64,000 nt of DNA, taken from assembly GCA_003212345.1 (NCBI GenBank), contig QCPZ01000005.1:20614-84613 (forward strand), in the 5' to 3' direction. Below are positions 38,113 to 47,671 of this stretch, in pieces. Both the position numbers and the translations under genes were made by a program. Each line of letters starts with the position of its first letter. Positions within the stretch are counted from its first letter, which is position 1. The notes beneath the pieces were generated by a model, which saw nothing but the letters and a program-made list of their open reading frames with translations, did no database searches and was not told the DNA's origin. This DNA comes from SAR116 cluster bacterium AG-447-A06. Lineage in GTDB: Bacteria; Pseudomonadota; Alphaproteobacteria; Puniceispirillales; Puniceispirillaceae.

Positions 38113-39294
38113 ATGAAATTAGTCGATGAGCTGAAGTCCAAAAAAGACGAGCTAGCAACATGGCGCCAACATCTGCATGCAAACCCAGAAATTGCTTATG
38201 AAGAGAAAGACACATCAAACTTTGTTGCGGCTAAGCTGGAAAGCTTTGGGGTCGAGGTACATGGTGGCTTTGGTGGCACTGGGCTTGTTGGAGTTATTCA
38301 TGGTAATCAGGGCGACCCAGCCAGCGGCAATGCGATAGGTCTTCGCGCCGATATGGACGCACTTCCAATGTCGGAAGAAACGAACCTTACTTATGCATCA
38401 CAGCGCCCCGGCCGAATGCATGCTTGCGGTCATGATGGGCATACAACGATGCTGCTCGCCGCCGCCAGGCACTTTGCGCAAACGCGAAAGTTTCATGGCA
38501 CCATTTATTGTATTTTTCAACCAGCCGAAGAGGGCGGCAACGCTGGTGCTCGGTCGATGATCGATGACGGGCTGTTTGAAAAATTCCACATGGACTCCGT
38601 CTGGGGCATGCATAATTGGCCTGGGCTTGAGGTTGGACGTGCAGTCGCTCATTGCGGGCCAGCTATGGCAGGAGCCGATATTTTCATTTTAACGATTGAG
38701 GGTAAAGGTGGTCATGCTGCGATGCCACATCTGACTCGAGATCCGGTTGCGGCAGCGGGACTGTGCATTGTTGCCTTGCAAACGTTAATTTCACGCCAGC
38801 TTGACCCATTTGATCATGCATTAATTTCATTAACAAAGCTCGACGCTGGAAGCGCCTACAATGTGATCCCTGCAAACGCCACCATTGGAGGTACCTTACG
38901 CACGATGGAAGCAGATACGCGCCTTCGCATGATCCGTGATATTGAAGCGGTCGCCCAAAATGCGGCAGCGACAGTGGGGTGTAATGTTTCCATGGAATTG
39001 CGCCCAGGCTATCCGCCAACCTTAAATCATGAAGTTGATGCCCTTTTTGCGCGTGATATCATCGCCGATATGCTTGGTCCAAATGGGTTGGAGACGGGGA
39101 TGAAACCAGTTATGGGTGCCGAAGACTTTTCATTCATGTTGAACCAAAAACCAGGGGCCTATATCTGGCTGGGTGCAGGTCTTGAGTCAGAAAACCTGCA
39201 CAGCCCACATTTTGATTTCAATGATGAAATTTTAACAATTGGAGCCAGCCTCTGGGTTCGGCTTGCCGAATCCAAACTTGCCCAAACCCGATAG
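38113..39294 (+). CDS. M20D amidohydrolase (hippurate hydrolase/aminoacylase family)
   Basis: LHANPE, LRADMDALP, MHACGHDGHT, FQPAEEG, GMHNWP, GAEDF, LHSP. Confidence 0.88.
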   Translation: MKLVDELKSKKDELATWRQHLHANPEIAYEEKDTSNFVAAKLESFGVEVHGGFGGTGLVGVIHGNQGDPASGNAIGLRADMDALPMSEETNLTYASQRPGRMHACGHDGHTTMLLAAARHFAQTRKFHGTIYCIFQPAEEGGNAGARSMIDDGLFEKFHMDSVWGMHNWPGLEVGRAVAHCGPAMAGADIFILTIEGKGGHAAMPHLTRDPVAAAGLCIVALQTLISRQLDPFDHALISLTKLDAGSAYNVIPANATIGGTLRTMEADTRLRMIRDIEAVAQNAAATVGCNVSMELRPGYPPTLNHEVDALFARDIIADMLGPNGLETGMKPVMGAEDFSFMLNQKPGAYIWLGAGLESENLHSPHFDFNDEILTIGASLWVRLAESKLAQTR

Positions 39295-39377
39295 TGCTAG
39301 ATCACATTCTAAATGCGTTTACGCCAAACAAACTGGCTAAAAACTTTTTGAAACTCAATAATATTGAAACCAAGATC

Positions 39378-40805
39378 CTATTCCGGTTTTGCAATAACCG
39401 GCGGTGACACCTCGGCAGGAATTGGGCATTGATAGGGTGTTTTCGCCTGGCGTTCGTCATGCACCATGCGGGCTGCTTTCAATGTTTCTGGCGACTGAAT
39501 TAATGCGCCTGCTGTTGCTGCCATTACCTTTGCCGCATGCACCATGCCCTTATGAGCAGCAGGTGCCTTTCCCTGCGCCACTGTTTGCCAGGTATGGAAG
39601 GGTGTGCCAACAGCACAAGTAGCAACACGCGCCTGTACCGTGGGCACAACCCAGCTAACATCACCAACATCAGTTGAACCCTCACCTCCATTATTTATCC
39701 GGTCGAGTGGTGCAACAAAATCACAAAGCGGTAGATTTTCGGGGGTTTCACGTCCAATACGTTGAAAACTTGCAGTGATATCATCTTTGGTCAGAGTTTT
39801 GCGAATGTCATTGGCAAGGCCGACATCATCTGCCTCAAAAGGCACCGGACCAAGTTTCTCAAATTCATGCTGCATCACTTCTTCTAGCGGGCGATTACCA
39901 ACTAAATTTGATACACCTGAATAGACCTTCGCCTCAACAGTTGTGCCAGTCATCATAGCAGCGCCATCAGCAATGCTGCGCACCCGCGCTACCAAATCAC
40001 GCAAAGCGTCCAGGTCAGCAGCCCGAACCAATTGTCTCACCGTGGCTTTTGCCTGGACTACATTTGGCGCAACACCACCAGCATCCAGATAAGCATAATG
40101 CACCCGCGCAGAATCCGGCATATGTTCACGCAAATAATTTACTCCTATATTCATTAGCTCACATGCATCGAGCGCACTGCGACCAAGTTGTGGGGCCGCA
40201 GCCGCATGTGCAGCCTTGCCATGAAAGGTAAAATCAATGCGCGAATTAGCAAGCGAATGACCATGCTGAACCGCGTTGAAGGTGGATGGATGCCACGAGA
40301 TCGCTGCATCAACATCATCAAAGAGTCCATCGCGCGCCATGTAAGCCTTAGCAGCACCACCTTCTTCAGCAGGACAGCCATAATAGCGTACCCTCGCCAC
40401 AATCTCGTTCTCGGCAAGCCAGTCCTTGACTGCGGTCGCGGCCAAAAGCGATGCAGCTCCAAGCAAATTATGGCCACAGCCATGCCCGTTGCCACCTGTT
40501 TCAATTGGGCTTGGTTGAGCGACACCGGGAGCTTGGCTCAACTCTGGTAACGCGTCAAACTCACCAAGGATAGCGATCACCGGCCCCTTATCACCAGCCT
40601 CACCCATCACCGCCGTGGGCATGCCACAAATTCCTTCCGTAACCCGAAATCCCTCACTTTTTAGCATGATCATATGCTCAGCCACAGACGCATATTCATT
40701 ATAAAGTGTTTCCGGTGTCTCAAAGACCCTATCTGATAAAGCAATAAATTCTGCTTTTTTAGCGTCAACCATTTGCCAGATTTGTTCTTCGTTCTGCATC
40801 TTCAT
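39378..40805 (-). CDS. M20 amidohydrolase, p-aminobenzoyl-glutamate hydrolase subunit B (AbgB)-like
   Basis: LGEFDALP, GHGCGHNLLG, GCPAEEG, GRSALDA, GSTDVGDVSW; start moved to ATG 40805. Confidence 0.82.
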   Translation of the reverse strand: MKMQNEEQIWQMVDAKKAEFIALSDRVFETPETLYNEYASVAEHMIMLKSEGFRVTEGICGMPTAVMGEAGDKGPVIAILGEFDALPELSQAPGVAQPSPIETGGNGHGCGHNLLGAASLLAATAVKDWLAENEIVARVRYYGCPAEEGGAAKAYMARDGLFDDVDAAISWHPSTFNAVQHGHSLANSRIDFTFHGKAAHAAAAPQLGRSALDACELMNIGVNYLREHMPDSARVHYAYLDAGGVAPNVVQAKATVRQLVRAADLDALRDLVARVRSIADGAAMMTGTTVEAKVYSGVSNLVGNRPLEEVMQHEFEKLGPVPFEADDVGLANDIRKTLTKDDITASFQRIGRETPENLPLCDFVAPLDRINNGGEGSTDVGDVSWVVPTVQARVATCAVGTPFHTWQTVAQGKAPAAHKGMVHAAKVMAATAGALIQSPETLKAARMVHDERQAKTPYQCPIPAEVSPPVIAKPE

Positions 40806-41128
40806 ATTATCCCCATCAACGTGGTTGCCAGACCCATCTCCAGAGCTTGCCTTAAGCACCCTTTGCAATGGGTCCCAAATCACTTCCCCCAAATGGTAAA
40901 GCTAAAATGCATTCGCACACAAATATAAATAGACAATATTTTTCATATAACTGAATGGTTCAAGAGCAGTTGCATCAACTGGACCCACTCTAAGACTTTT
41001 GAGACCGCACATCGTAATTAAAATTTTAATTTGCAATATATCACGCCACAGATCTTATTAATTTTTTTGGTGTCTGGGACGGCAACTGCGTCGGCAAATA
41101 AATCCCCTGGAAATAGGCAGTTTTTTGC

Positions 41129-42103
41129 TCAATTTCTACGTCTATCGATTGCATCTGCGAGAACACACATCAGTTCAAACATCAAAGATGCGCCTACCCA
41201 AGCAGTACCACCTGAAGCATCGAATGGCGGTGAAACTTCTACGAGATCGGCTCCTACGAGATTTAGCCCTTGCATTAACCTAATTGACTTTTGGGCTTCA
41301 AAGGTATTTGGACCTCCAATTTCTGGAGTACCTGTACCTGGAGCATAACTCGGGTCGATAAAATCTATATCAAATGAACAATAAGTCGACTCCTTGCCAA
41401 CTATAGATTTGGCTTCTTCCATGACAGATTCAATCCCACGGTCAAACAATTCCTCTACACGAATTATTCTTACACCCTGTGCTTCACCCCACTCTATATC
41501 ATCTAAATTGTACGCAGTCCCTCGAATGCCAATCTGAACAACTCGTTTTGGATCAAGAAGCCCTTCTTCTATGGCGCGTCTGAATGGTGTTCCGTGCGTA
41601 TATTTGAATCCCCCAAAATAACTATCAAACAGATCTGTATGAGAATCAAAATGGATCATCGCTAACGGTTTGGCAGCTGCCAGTCCGCGCAAAATAGGCA
41701 GTGAAATAAGATGATCCCCGCCAGCAGTCATTGGTATAATATTTCTTTTTTGCAAATTTTTAAAAAAAGATGCCACACGATCCATACTGTCTTCAAGATC
41801 AACCGGGTTTGGACTAACGTCACCGAGGTCTGCACAATTTGCGAGAGTAAAAGGATTTATGCCACTAGCAGGATTCAGTGCTCTAACCATTGTTGATAGA
41901 TCCCGTAATTGCCTTGGGCCATGCCTTGGGCCCGGCCTATTCGAAGTTCCTCCATCCCATGGAACACCCACAACCCCTAATTCAACACGTTTAGTCTCCG
42001 GTGCATCCATTGATAGATGTGGCAACCGCATGAAGGTCGGCATTCCTGCAAAACGAGGCATTTCGATACCAGACACAGGCTGAAAAAAGGGATCATATTG
42101 CAC
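41129..42103 (-). CDS. Ureohydrolase (agmatinase/guanidinopropionase-like)
   Basis: PRFAGMPTFMRLP, GGDH, DSHTD, HGTPF, FDIDFIDP, GTGTP, DLVEVSP; GTG 42103 behind GGAGG (ORF track starts at 42133). Confidence 0.9.
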   Translation of the reverse strand: MQYDPFFQPVSGIEMPRFAGMPTFMRLPHLSMDAPETKRVELGVVGVPWDGGTSNRPGPRHGPRQLRDLSTMVRALNPASGINPFTLANCADLGDVSPNPVDLEDSMDRVASFFKNLQKRNIIPMTAGGDHLISLPILRGLAAAKPLAMIHFDSHTDLFDSYFGGFKYTHGTPFRRAIEEGLLDPKRVVQIGIRGTAYNLDDIEWGEAQGVRIIRVEELFDRGIESVMEEAKSIVGKESTYCSFDIDFIDPSYAPGTGTPEIGGPNTFEAQKSIRLMQGLNLVGADLVEVSPPFDASGGTAWVGASLMFELMCVLADAIDRRRN

Positions 42104-42139
42104 ATCTACCTCCAAAATTTTCTCATTCTCCAATCGATA

Positions 42140-42703
42140 TCATTCACTGTTATTCATGTGGTTTGATGCAATAGAGGAAACAAAAATTTCTTGCTCTTTA
42201 GTCTCAATCGCCCCAGGTCGAAATTGTCGAACAATGTCTATGGCCAATTGCGCAGGGATACCAAGATCCCTTAAAATTATTGCAGCAACAGTGCCAGACC
42301 TGCCCAAACCACCCATACAGTGAATCGCTATTGAACTGCCTGACTTTATTGCTTCATAAAGCCTTGGCCTAAGTTTATTTAGCCTATCTAACGTATCATT
42401 TTTTGGTATGCCCAAGTCGACTATCGGAAGATGAACACAATTAATTGATCTTTTTTTTGACTCAGATAAAAGCACCCCTTGGTCACAGTAATTACTGAAC
42501 TCTGCCGCTTCAACTAAAGAGAGAAAATATGAGCAGCTTTCTTTTTTTAGGGCATTTAAAACACCCAGCATATCTCTCATGGAAAATGTGTTGGATGAGG
42601 TTCTGCCTGGGAAAGCTGTAAGTATTAGGCTTGCCTCATGGTCTGATATTTTGACTTTTGAGAGGTTTTGCGCATTTCCTTCCAATTCTAAATATTCCTC
42701 CAA
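42140..42703 (-). CDS. Cys-based dual-specificity phosphatase (CDKN3-like, CX5R)
   Basis: HLPIVD general-acid loop, HCMGGLGRSG P-loop, RPGAIET..Q. Confidence 0.85.
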   Translation of the reverse strand: MEEYLELEGNAQNLSKVKISDHEASLILTAFPGRTSSNTFSMRDMLGVLNALKKESCSYFLSLVEAAEFSNYCDQGVLLSESKKRSINCVHLPIVDLGIPKNDTLDRLNKLRPRLYEAIKSGSSIAIHCMGGLGRSGTVAAIILRDLGIPAQLAIDIVRQFRPGAIETKEQEIFVSSIASNHMNNSE

Positions 42704-44370
42704 GCCTGAGTTCGCTTGAGTAGGAACGTCGATATAATTGTATGAATTCCACGCACGAGAAATGAAATATACACAATTAACATTGCCATTGCCGCTGCGC
42801 CTGCAACATCACCCTGCTCATCAAGGTGTATCGAAGAGACCGATGCCAACGTAGTATCATAAGAGTATAGGAAAATCACACCCGAAACAGTCGTCATCGC
42901 ATTACAAAAAAGGTAAATAAAAATATCAAACACGGTTGGCAAACAAACTGGTAGCGTCACACGGAAGAACATTTTATAGATCGGAACTTTGAGTGAAAGT
43001 GAAACTGACTCAAACTCATTGTCCAGTTTCTTTATTGCTGTGATAGCAGACAAATGAGACACAGTATAAAAATGGACTACAGTATTTATCACAAGTATTG
43101 CCATTGTCGCGTAAATGAAATTAAGAGGGTTATCTTTCATGTTAAAGAAGAAAATATATGCAAGTCCAAGCACTATTCCCGGTATTGCCATTGGCATCAG
43201 AGCAATCATCTGAAGAATATCCCGCAGGCTTTTATCTGCGCGCATTTTTTCTATCAGGTAACTTCCGATAAAAATTATAATTGTCCCAAAAAATGCCGCG
43301 TAAAGTGACATGCGAACAGAATTAAAAAACGAGTCCCAACCAAGGCCCGCCACTTCAAAATTATAGTGCTTCAGGGTTAATGACAAATTGTACGGCCAAA
43401 ATTTTACCAAAGCCCCAAACTGAGCCATACCAAGCATCAAAAAGACCAATGCCGTGATAAGCAAACAATAACAAAGGAGAAGATTGTCACGCAGTCTATG
43501 AGGCTTTGGCACATAAACGACTGCCCTGGAGGTTAATTGGGACGCTTGCCTTTTTCGGGAAAATTGATCAAGAGCAAAAGCAAGTAATGCGGGGATTAGT
43601 AGCACTATGGATATAACCGCACCCATTTGAAAATTTTGCATGCCAACCACTTCTCGGTAAATGTCTGTGGCGAGTACATTGTAGTTTCCACCGATAACTT
43701 TTGGAACACCAAAGTCAGTGAAAACAAGAATAAACACGACAAAGGTAGTGCTTATAATACCGTATTTGGCACCCGGTATAGTCACTGTAAAAAATGTTCT
43801 AAGCTTTGAGGCCTTGAGTGCATCAGAGGCCTCATAAAGGCGTGCATCCGACAAAGATAGCGAGGTAGACAAAATCATCAGCGCGTGAGGGAAAGTCCAG
43901 TAAACCGATGCCATTATAATGCCGATAGGGCCGTAGATTGAGTGTCCCAAGAGCATTTCTTTAAATATTCCTTGGTTGCCAAACCAATAAACAAGCGCGA
44001 TAGCAGCAAGTATGGATGGGCTTAGCAATGGAATTAAGGAGACAACTCGAAACAATCCCTTAAATGGGATGCACGTACACTGTAAAGCAAATGCGTATAG
44101 AAATCCAAGACAGACAACTATAATCGTAGAGACAAATGCAACAAAAAGACTATGAAAAAAGGATTTAAAGAGGGTTGGTTCTTTCAAATAGAGTGCAAAA
44201 TTTTCTAGACCAACAAAAACCCCCTCGGCGTTTTGCATACTTTTAGACATTAATGCGAAGAGTGGCAGAACCAGAAAACAAAAGAACATAGCCAGATAAA
44301 CAAAAACTAGAATTCTACCAATCTTGTCTGATTTATCAGCTGCCCGAGATTTGGACTTAAAACTAAACAT
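42688..44370 (-). CDS. ABC permease, putative 2-aminoethylphosphonate type (AepW-like, duplicated FbpB fold)
   Basis: LVYWFGNQG, DARLYEA, FTDFGVPKVIGG, VHFYTVSHL, NAMTTVS. Confidence 0.82.
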   Translation of the reverse strand: MFSFKSKSRAADKSDKIGRILVFVYLAMFFCFLVLPLFALMSKSMQNAEGVFVGLENFALYLKEPTLFKSFFHSLFVAFVSTIIVVCLGFLYAFALQCTCIPFKGLFRVVSLIPLLSPSILAAIALVYWFGNQGIFKEMLLGHSIYGPIGIIMASVYWTFPHALMILSTSLSLSDARLYEASDALKASKLRTFFTVTIPGAKYGIISTTFVVFILVFTDFGVPKVIGGNYNVLATDIYREVVGMQNFQMGAVISIVLLIPALLAFALDQFSRKRQASQLTSRAVVYVPKPHRLRDNLLLCYCLLITALVFLMLGMAQFGALVKFWPYNLSLTLKHYNFEVAGLGWDSFFNSVRMSLYAAFFGTIIIFIGSYLIEKMRADKSLRDILQMIALMPMAIPGIVLGLAYIFFFNMKDNPLNFIYATMAILVINTVVHFYTVSHLSAITAIKKLDNEFESVSLSLKVPIYKMFFRVTLPVCLPTVFDIFIYLFCNAMTTVSGVIFLYSYDTTLASVSSIHLDEQGDVAGAAAMAMLIVYISFLVRGIHTIISTFLLKRTQAWRNI

Positions 44371-44372
44371 TT

Positions 44373-45449
44373 TTAGTTATCACACTCATAGACGTTTAGG
44401 TGATTTGGTGACAACGTAAAGTTTAAATTATCGCCAATAGCAACGGATTTACTAAAATTATCAATCATTGGCTTGTCAGCTATCAAAGGTTGATCTGGCA
44501 TAATTGAGGTTTCCAGATGAATTCGAAGAAACGAGCCCAAAAACTCGACATCAACCACCCTCCCAACAAACGTATTACTGCTGTTTTTCTCGGCAAGTTG
44601 AACATATTCAGGTCGAGCAGCAATAATAACTTTGGTGCCCTTTTTGTGGCTATGGGAGTTTATAGCTATTTGTTGATTATCAACTTTTATTGAGTCCTCG
44701 TCTAACACTTGTCCCTCAATGAAGTTAGTCATCCCAATAAAGTTGGCTACAAATGGATTGCTCGAATTGGCGTAGATGTCCTCGGGAGTTCCTGACTGCA
44801 TTATCTTCCCGCTGTCCATCACAAAAATACGATCTGCGATAGATAAAGCTTCCTCTTGGTCATGCGTTACCATAACTGTTGTCAAACCAAGCCGTCGGTG
44901 AAAATTTTTTAGCTCTTGCCGCAGGTGAACCCGAACCTTAGCATCTAGAGCAGAGAGAGGTTCATCCAGCAACAAAAGATTTGGTGATGTGGCAATAGCG
45001 CGCGCCAGCGCAATTCTTTGCTGCTCACCTCCAGATAACTGGCTCGGGTATTTTGCGCTGTGATCTGACAGTCCAACGAGCGACAACAATTCGTCTACGC
45101 GTTTTGTTATATCTTGCTTTTCCCAGCCAAGATTTTCTAGGCCATAAGCAATATTATGAAAGCATGAAAGGTTAGGAAACAGGGCATAAGACTGAAAAAC
45201 AATACCAAAATCACGTTGGGAGGTTGGTAAATCCGAAATTATTTCTGAATTTTGAATAATTGTTCCACTTGATTGGACTTCTAAACCAGCAATGCAACGC
45301 AGTAATGTGGTCTTACCACAACCTGATGGGCCAAGGAAACAAACAAACTCGCCAGCGTTTATGTCTATACAGACATCGTCTAAGGCCAAAAATTTTCCAA
45401 AGGATTTACTTAGATTTTCTATTGATAGGTAAGAAACTGTATTTTCCAT
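44373..45449 (-). CDS. ABC ATP-binding protein, putative 2-aminoethylphosphonate type (AepV-like)
   Basis: FVCFLGPSGCGKTT, FQSYALFPNL, LSGGEQQR, DEPLSALDAKVR, TOBE-like tail; ATG 45449 (ORF track starts at 45470). Confidence 0.85.
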   Translation of the reverse strand: MENTVSYLSIENLSKSFGKFLALDDVCIDINAGEFVCFLGPSGCGKTTLLRCIAGLEVQSSGTIIQNSEIISDLPTSQRDFGIVFQSYALFPNLSCFHNIAYGLENLGWEKQDITKRVDELLSLVGLSDHSAKYPSQLSGGEQQRIALARAIATSPNLLLLDEPLSALDAKVRVHLRQELKNFHRRLGLTTVMVTHDQEEALSIADRIFVMDSGKIMQSGTPEDIYANSSNPFVANFIGMTNFIEGQVLDEDSIKVDNQQIAINSHSHKKGTKVIIAARPEYVQLAEKNSSNTFVGRVVDVEFLGSFLRIHLETSIMPDQPLIADKPMIDNFSKSVAIGDNLNFTLSPNHLNVYECDN

Positions 45450-45638
45450 CACTATTCTTGAACCTTTCAATCGTAATAGTAGGATACGGTACCATCCAAA
45501 CCTAAATCCGGCAATTAGGAATCCGTATTGTAAAAATTAAAACAACATATTGATAAGCGGATTGTGATGTGGCGCCCAGTGGTGCTTAAAATGCATCACA
45601 CATAAGTCAAAATAGAGGTATCCCCCAAGGACAGTTTC

Positions 45639-45659
45639 ACAATAGACTAAATCTATTGT
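45639..45659. promoter_or_regulatory. Perfect inverted repeat ACAATAGA-N5-TCTATTGT (contains ATAG-N7-CTAT, LysR-type box)
   Basis: Read directly in the divergent promoter region between the ATPase and SBP genes. Confidence 0.5.
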
Positions 45660-45709
45660 ATCATTTCATTAAAGCTATAGAAAATCAAAGGGTATAAGGA
45701 GGAATAAAA

Positions 45710-46738
45710 ATGAGGTTCAGTTATAAAAGATTGTTAACAGGGGTCCTGGCATCAATGATGTTTGTTGGCGCTGCAAACGCAGGAGACCTTTTAGTTTACT
45801 CGAGCACTGATGCCGATAACCTGAAACATTACATGGATCAGTTTCAGAAGGATAATCCTGACATCAAAGTGAAAGTGGTTCGCGAGTCCACTGGCACAAT
45901 GGCTGCAAAAATGATGGCAGAAAAAGATAACCCACAAGCTGATGTACTTTTTGAGATGGCCGCAACCGTTGCATTAAACATGGAAGCTCAAGGCATGTTT
46001 CACCCATATACTCCAAAGGGAATGGATAAGATTGATCAACGATATGTTGACAAAGAAGGAGAGGTGAATTGGGTTGGAAACTATGGTTGGGCTGGCTGTA
46101 TTTGCTGGAACACAGTTGAAGCAAAAAAGCTTGGCTTACCAAAGCCAAAAAGCTGGGCAGATTTAACCAATCCAGTATATAAAGGCTTAATTTCAATGCC
46201 GAATCCAAACTCATCAGGAACAGGTTTCCTGGATGTGTCAAGTTGGATACAGATCATGGGTGAAGACGCTGCATGGAAATACATGGACGATCTCCACAAA
46301 AACGTCGGTGTTTATACTCACTCCGGCTCAAAGCCTTGCAAGCAATCTGGCTCTGGTGAATTCCCAATTGGTATCTCTTGGCCCGGCCGCGCCATCAAAA
46401 TTATCAAAGCAGGCGCTCCAATGGAAATGATTATTCCCGAGGAAGGAATTGGTTGGGAGATGCAAGTCGTAGCAATCATGAAGGGAACAAAAAACCTCAA
46501 GGACTCGCAACGGCTTATTGATTGGACACTTGGTAGAGGGATGAAGCTTTTTGGTGAGCGCCAATCAATAATAGCCGATACATCCAAAATCACGCCAGAC
46601 CCTGTGCTTCCAGATTTCTTTAAGGAAGTGAATGCTAAACTGATTGATAACAAATTTGCTTGGGCGGCTGCTAACAAGAACCGCATAGTGGCCGAGTGGA
46701 AAAAGCGTTACGATGGCAAAACAGAGCCTAAAAAATAG
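45710..46738 (+). CDS. ABC substrate-binding protein, putative 2-aminoethylphosphonate type (AepX-like)
   Basis: Signal peptide; RESTG, AEKDNPQAD, MPNPNSSGTGFL, YTHSGSKPC, EWKKRYDGKTEPK. Confidence 0.82.
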   Translation: MRFSYKRLLTGVLASMMFVGAANAGDLLVYSSTDADNLKHYMDQFQKDNPDIKVKVVRESTGTMAAKMMAEKDNPQADVLFEMAATVALNMEAQGMFHPYTPKGMDKIDQRYVDKEGEVNWVGNYGWAGCICWNTVEAKKLGLPKPKSWADLTNPVYKGLISMPNPNSSGTGFLDVSSWIQIMGEDAAWKYMDDLHKNVGVYTHSGSKPCKQSGSGEFPIGISWPGRAIKIIKAGAPMEMIIPEEGIGWEMQVVAIMKGTKNLKDSQRLIDWTLGRGMKLFGERQSIIADTSKITPDPVLPDFFKEVNAKLIDNKFAWAAANKNRIVAEWKKRYDGKTEPKK

Positions 46739-46753
46739 GCTCCAAAATGAAAA

Positions 46754-46784
46754 GTCTGGTGCAGATAGCGCTTTTGCACCAGAC
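46754..46784. terminator. Hairpin between convergent genes (probable terminator)
   Basis: GTCTGGTGCA ... TGCACCAGAC perfect 10-bp stem. Confidence 0.6.
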
Positions 46785-46795
46785 GCTACCAACGC

Positions 46796-47638
46796 TTAAG
46801 CGCAATATATTATTGTAACGCCGACGACCAAGAGCGTAACCAAAATAACCTTATCCAATGTGAACCTCTCTTTTAGTGCCAGAACGCCAAGCAAGACAGC
46901 GAAGAGTATCGATGTCTCTCGCAGTGAAGAAACCAACGCTACGGGTAGGTGTTGATAAGCACTGAGAACAATCAAATAACAAACAAAAGAAATTAGGCCG
47001 CCTAAAATAAAACTATGCTTGTAACCGCTTGCGAGACGAGGCAAAAAGTCTCTTTCCAAAACAACCAGATAAAAAAATAAAAACAAACGATTGAATAACG
47101 CCATCGCTCCGAAGAAGGACAGGGCGCTTCCAACTGTGCGAACACCATAAGCGTCAGTGATGGAATACAGCGCAATAAATAGCCCCGTGAATAGGGCAAC
47201 TGTTACCTCCCGACTTTCTTCCCTTTTTTGCCACAACTGAAATAACCCATAGATAACCAAGCCTGAGCATATGACAAAAATCCCAGTAAGTGTCTCTGTG
47301 GAAATTATGGAATCAAAAAAAATATAACTTAAGCCAAAAATAAACAGTGGTGCGGAGCCTCTTGCGACGGGGTAAACACTGCTTAGTGGTCCTCGGTCAT
47401 ATGCCTTAAAAAGTGATATGCTATACCCAGTTTGTAAAATTGCACTCAGCAAAATGACGGGTAAAGCTGTCAAGTTTGGAATCCCTGCAATCAAAAGCCC
47501 TCCCAGAGCCAACGGGAGGCTACTAAAATAAATCGCCATTACAGCAATGGGCTTATCATGTGCTGATTTTAGGATTAGATTCCAAAACGCATGCAGAAAT
47601 GCAGCAACAAGAACTAAAATTATGAAAAATGCTTCCAG
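46796..47638 (-). CDS. DMT/EamA family transporter
   Basis: SVYPVARG, FIALYSITD, LRETSILF, KERF; the frame extends 33 codons upstream of ATG 47539 through AAFLHAFWN to a CTG behind GAGGGG. Confidence 0.8.
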   Translation of the reverse strand: MEAFFIILVLVAAFLHAFWNLILKSAHDKPIAVMAIYFSSLPLALGGLLIAGIPNLTALPVILLSAILQTGYSISLFKAYDRGPLSSVYPVARGSAPLFIFGLSYIFFDSIISTETLTGIFVICSGLVIYGLFQLWQKREESREVTVALFTGLFIALYSITDAYGVRTVGSALSFFGAMALFNRLFLFFYLVVLERDFLPRLASGYKHSFILGGLISFVCYLIVLSAYQHLPVALVSSLRETSILFAVLLGVLALKERFTLDKVILVTLLVVGVTIIYCA

Positions 47639-47671
47639 AACAACCCCTCAGAATTAATCGGTTTAAACCAC

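Noticed and set aside
40806-40892. N-terminal extension of the AbgB-like ORF; similar extensions at 26281-26340 and 31012-31053
   Set aside because: Downstream ATGs with an RBS or stop-start coupling fit family lengths better
45570-45587. Sigma-54 promoter TGGCGC...TGC
   Set aside because: GG-to-GC spacing is 11 nt rather than the required 10
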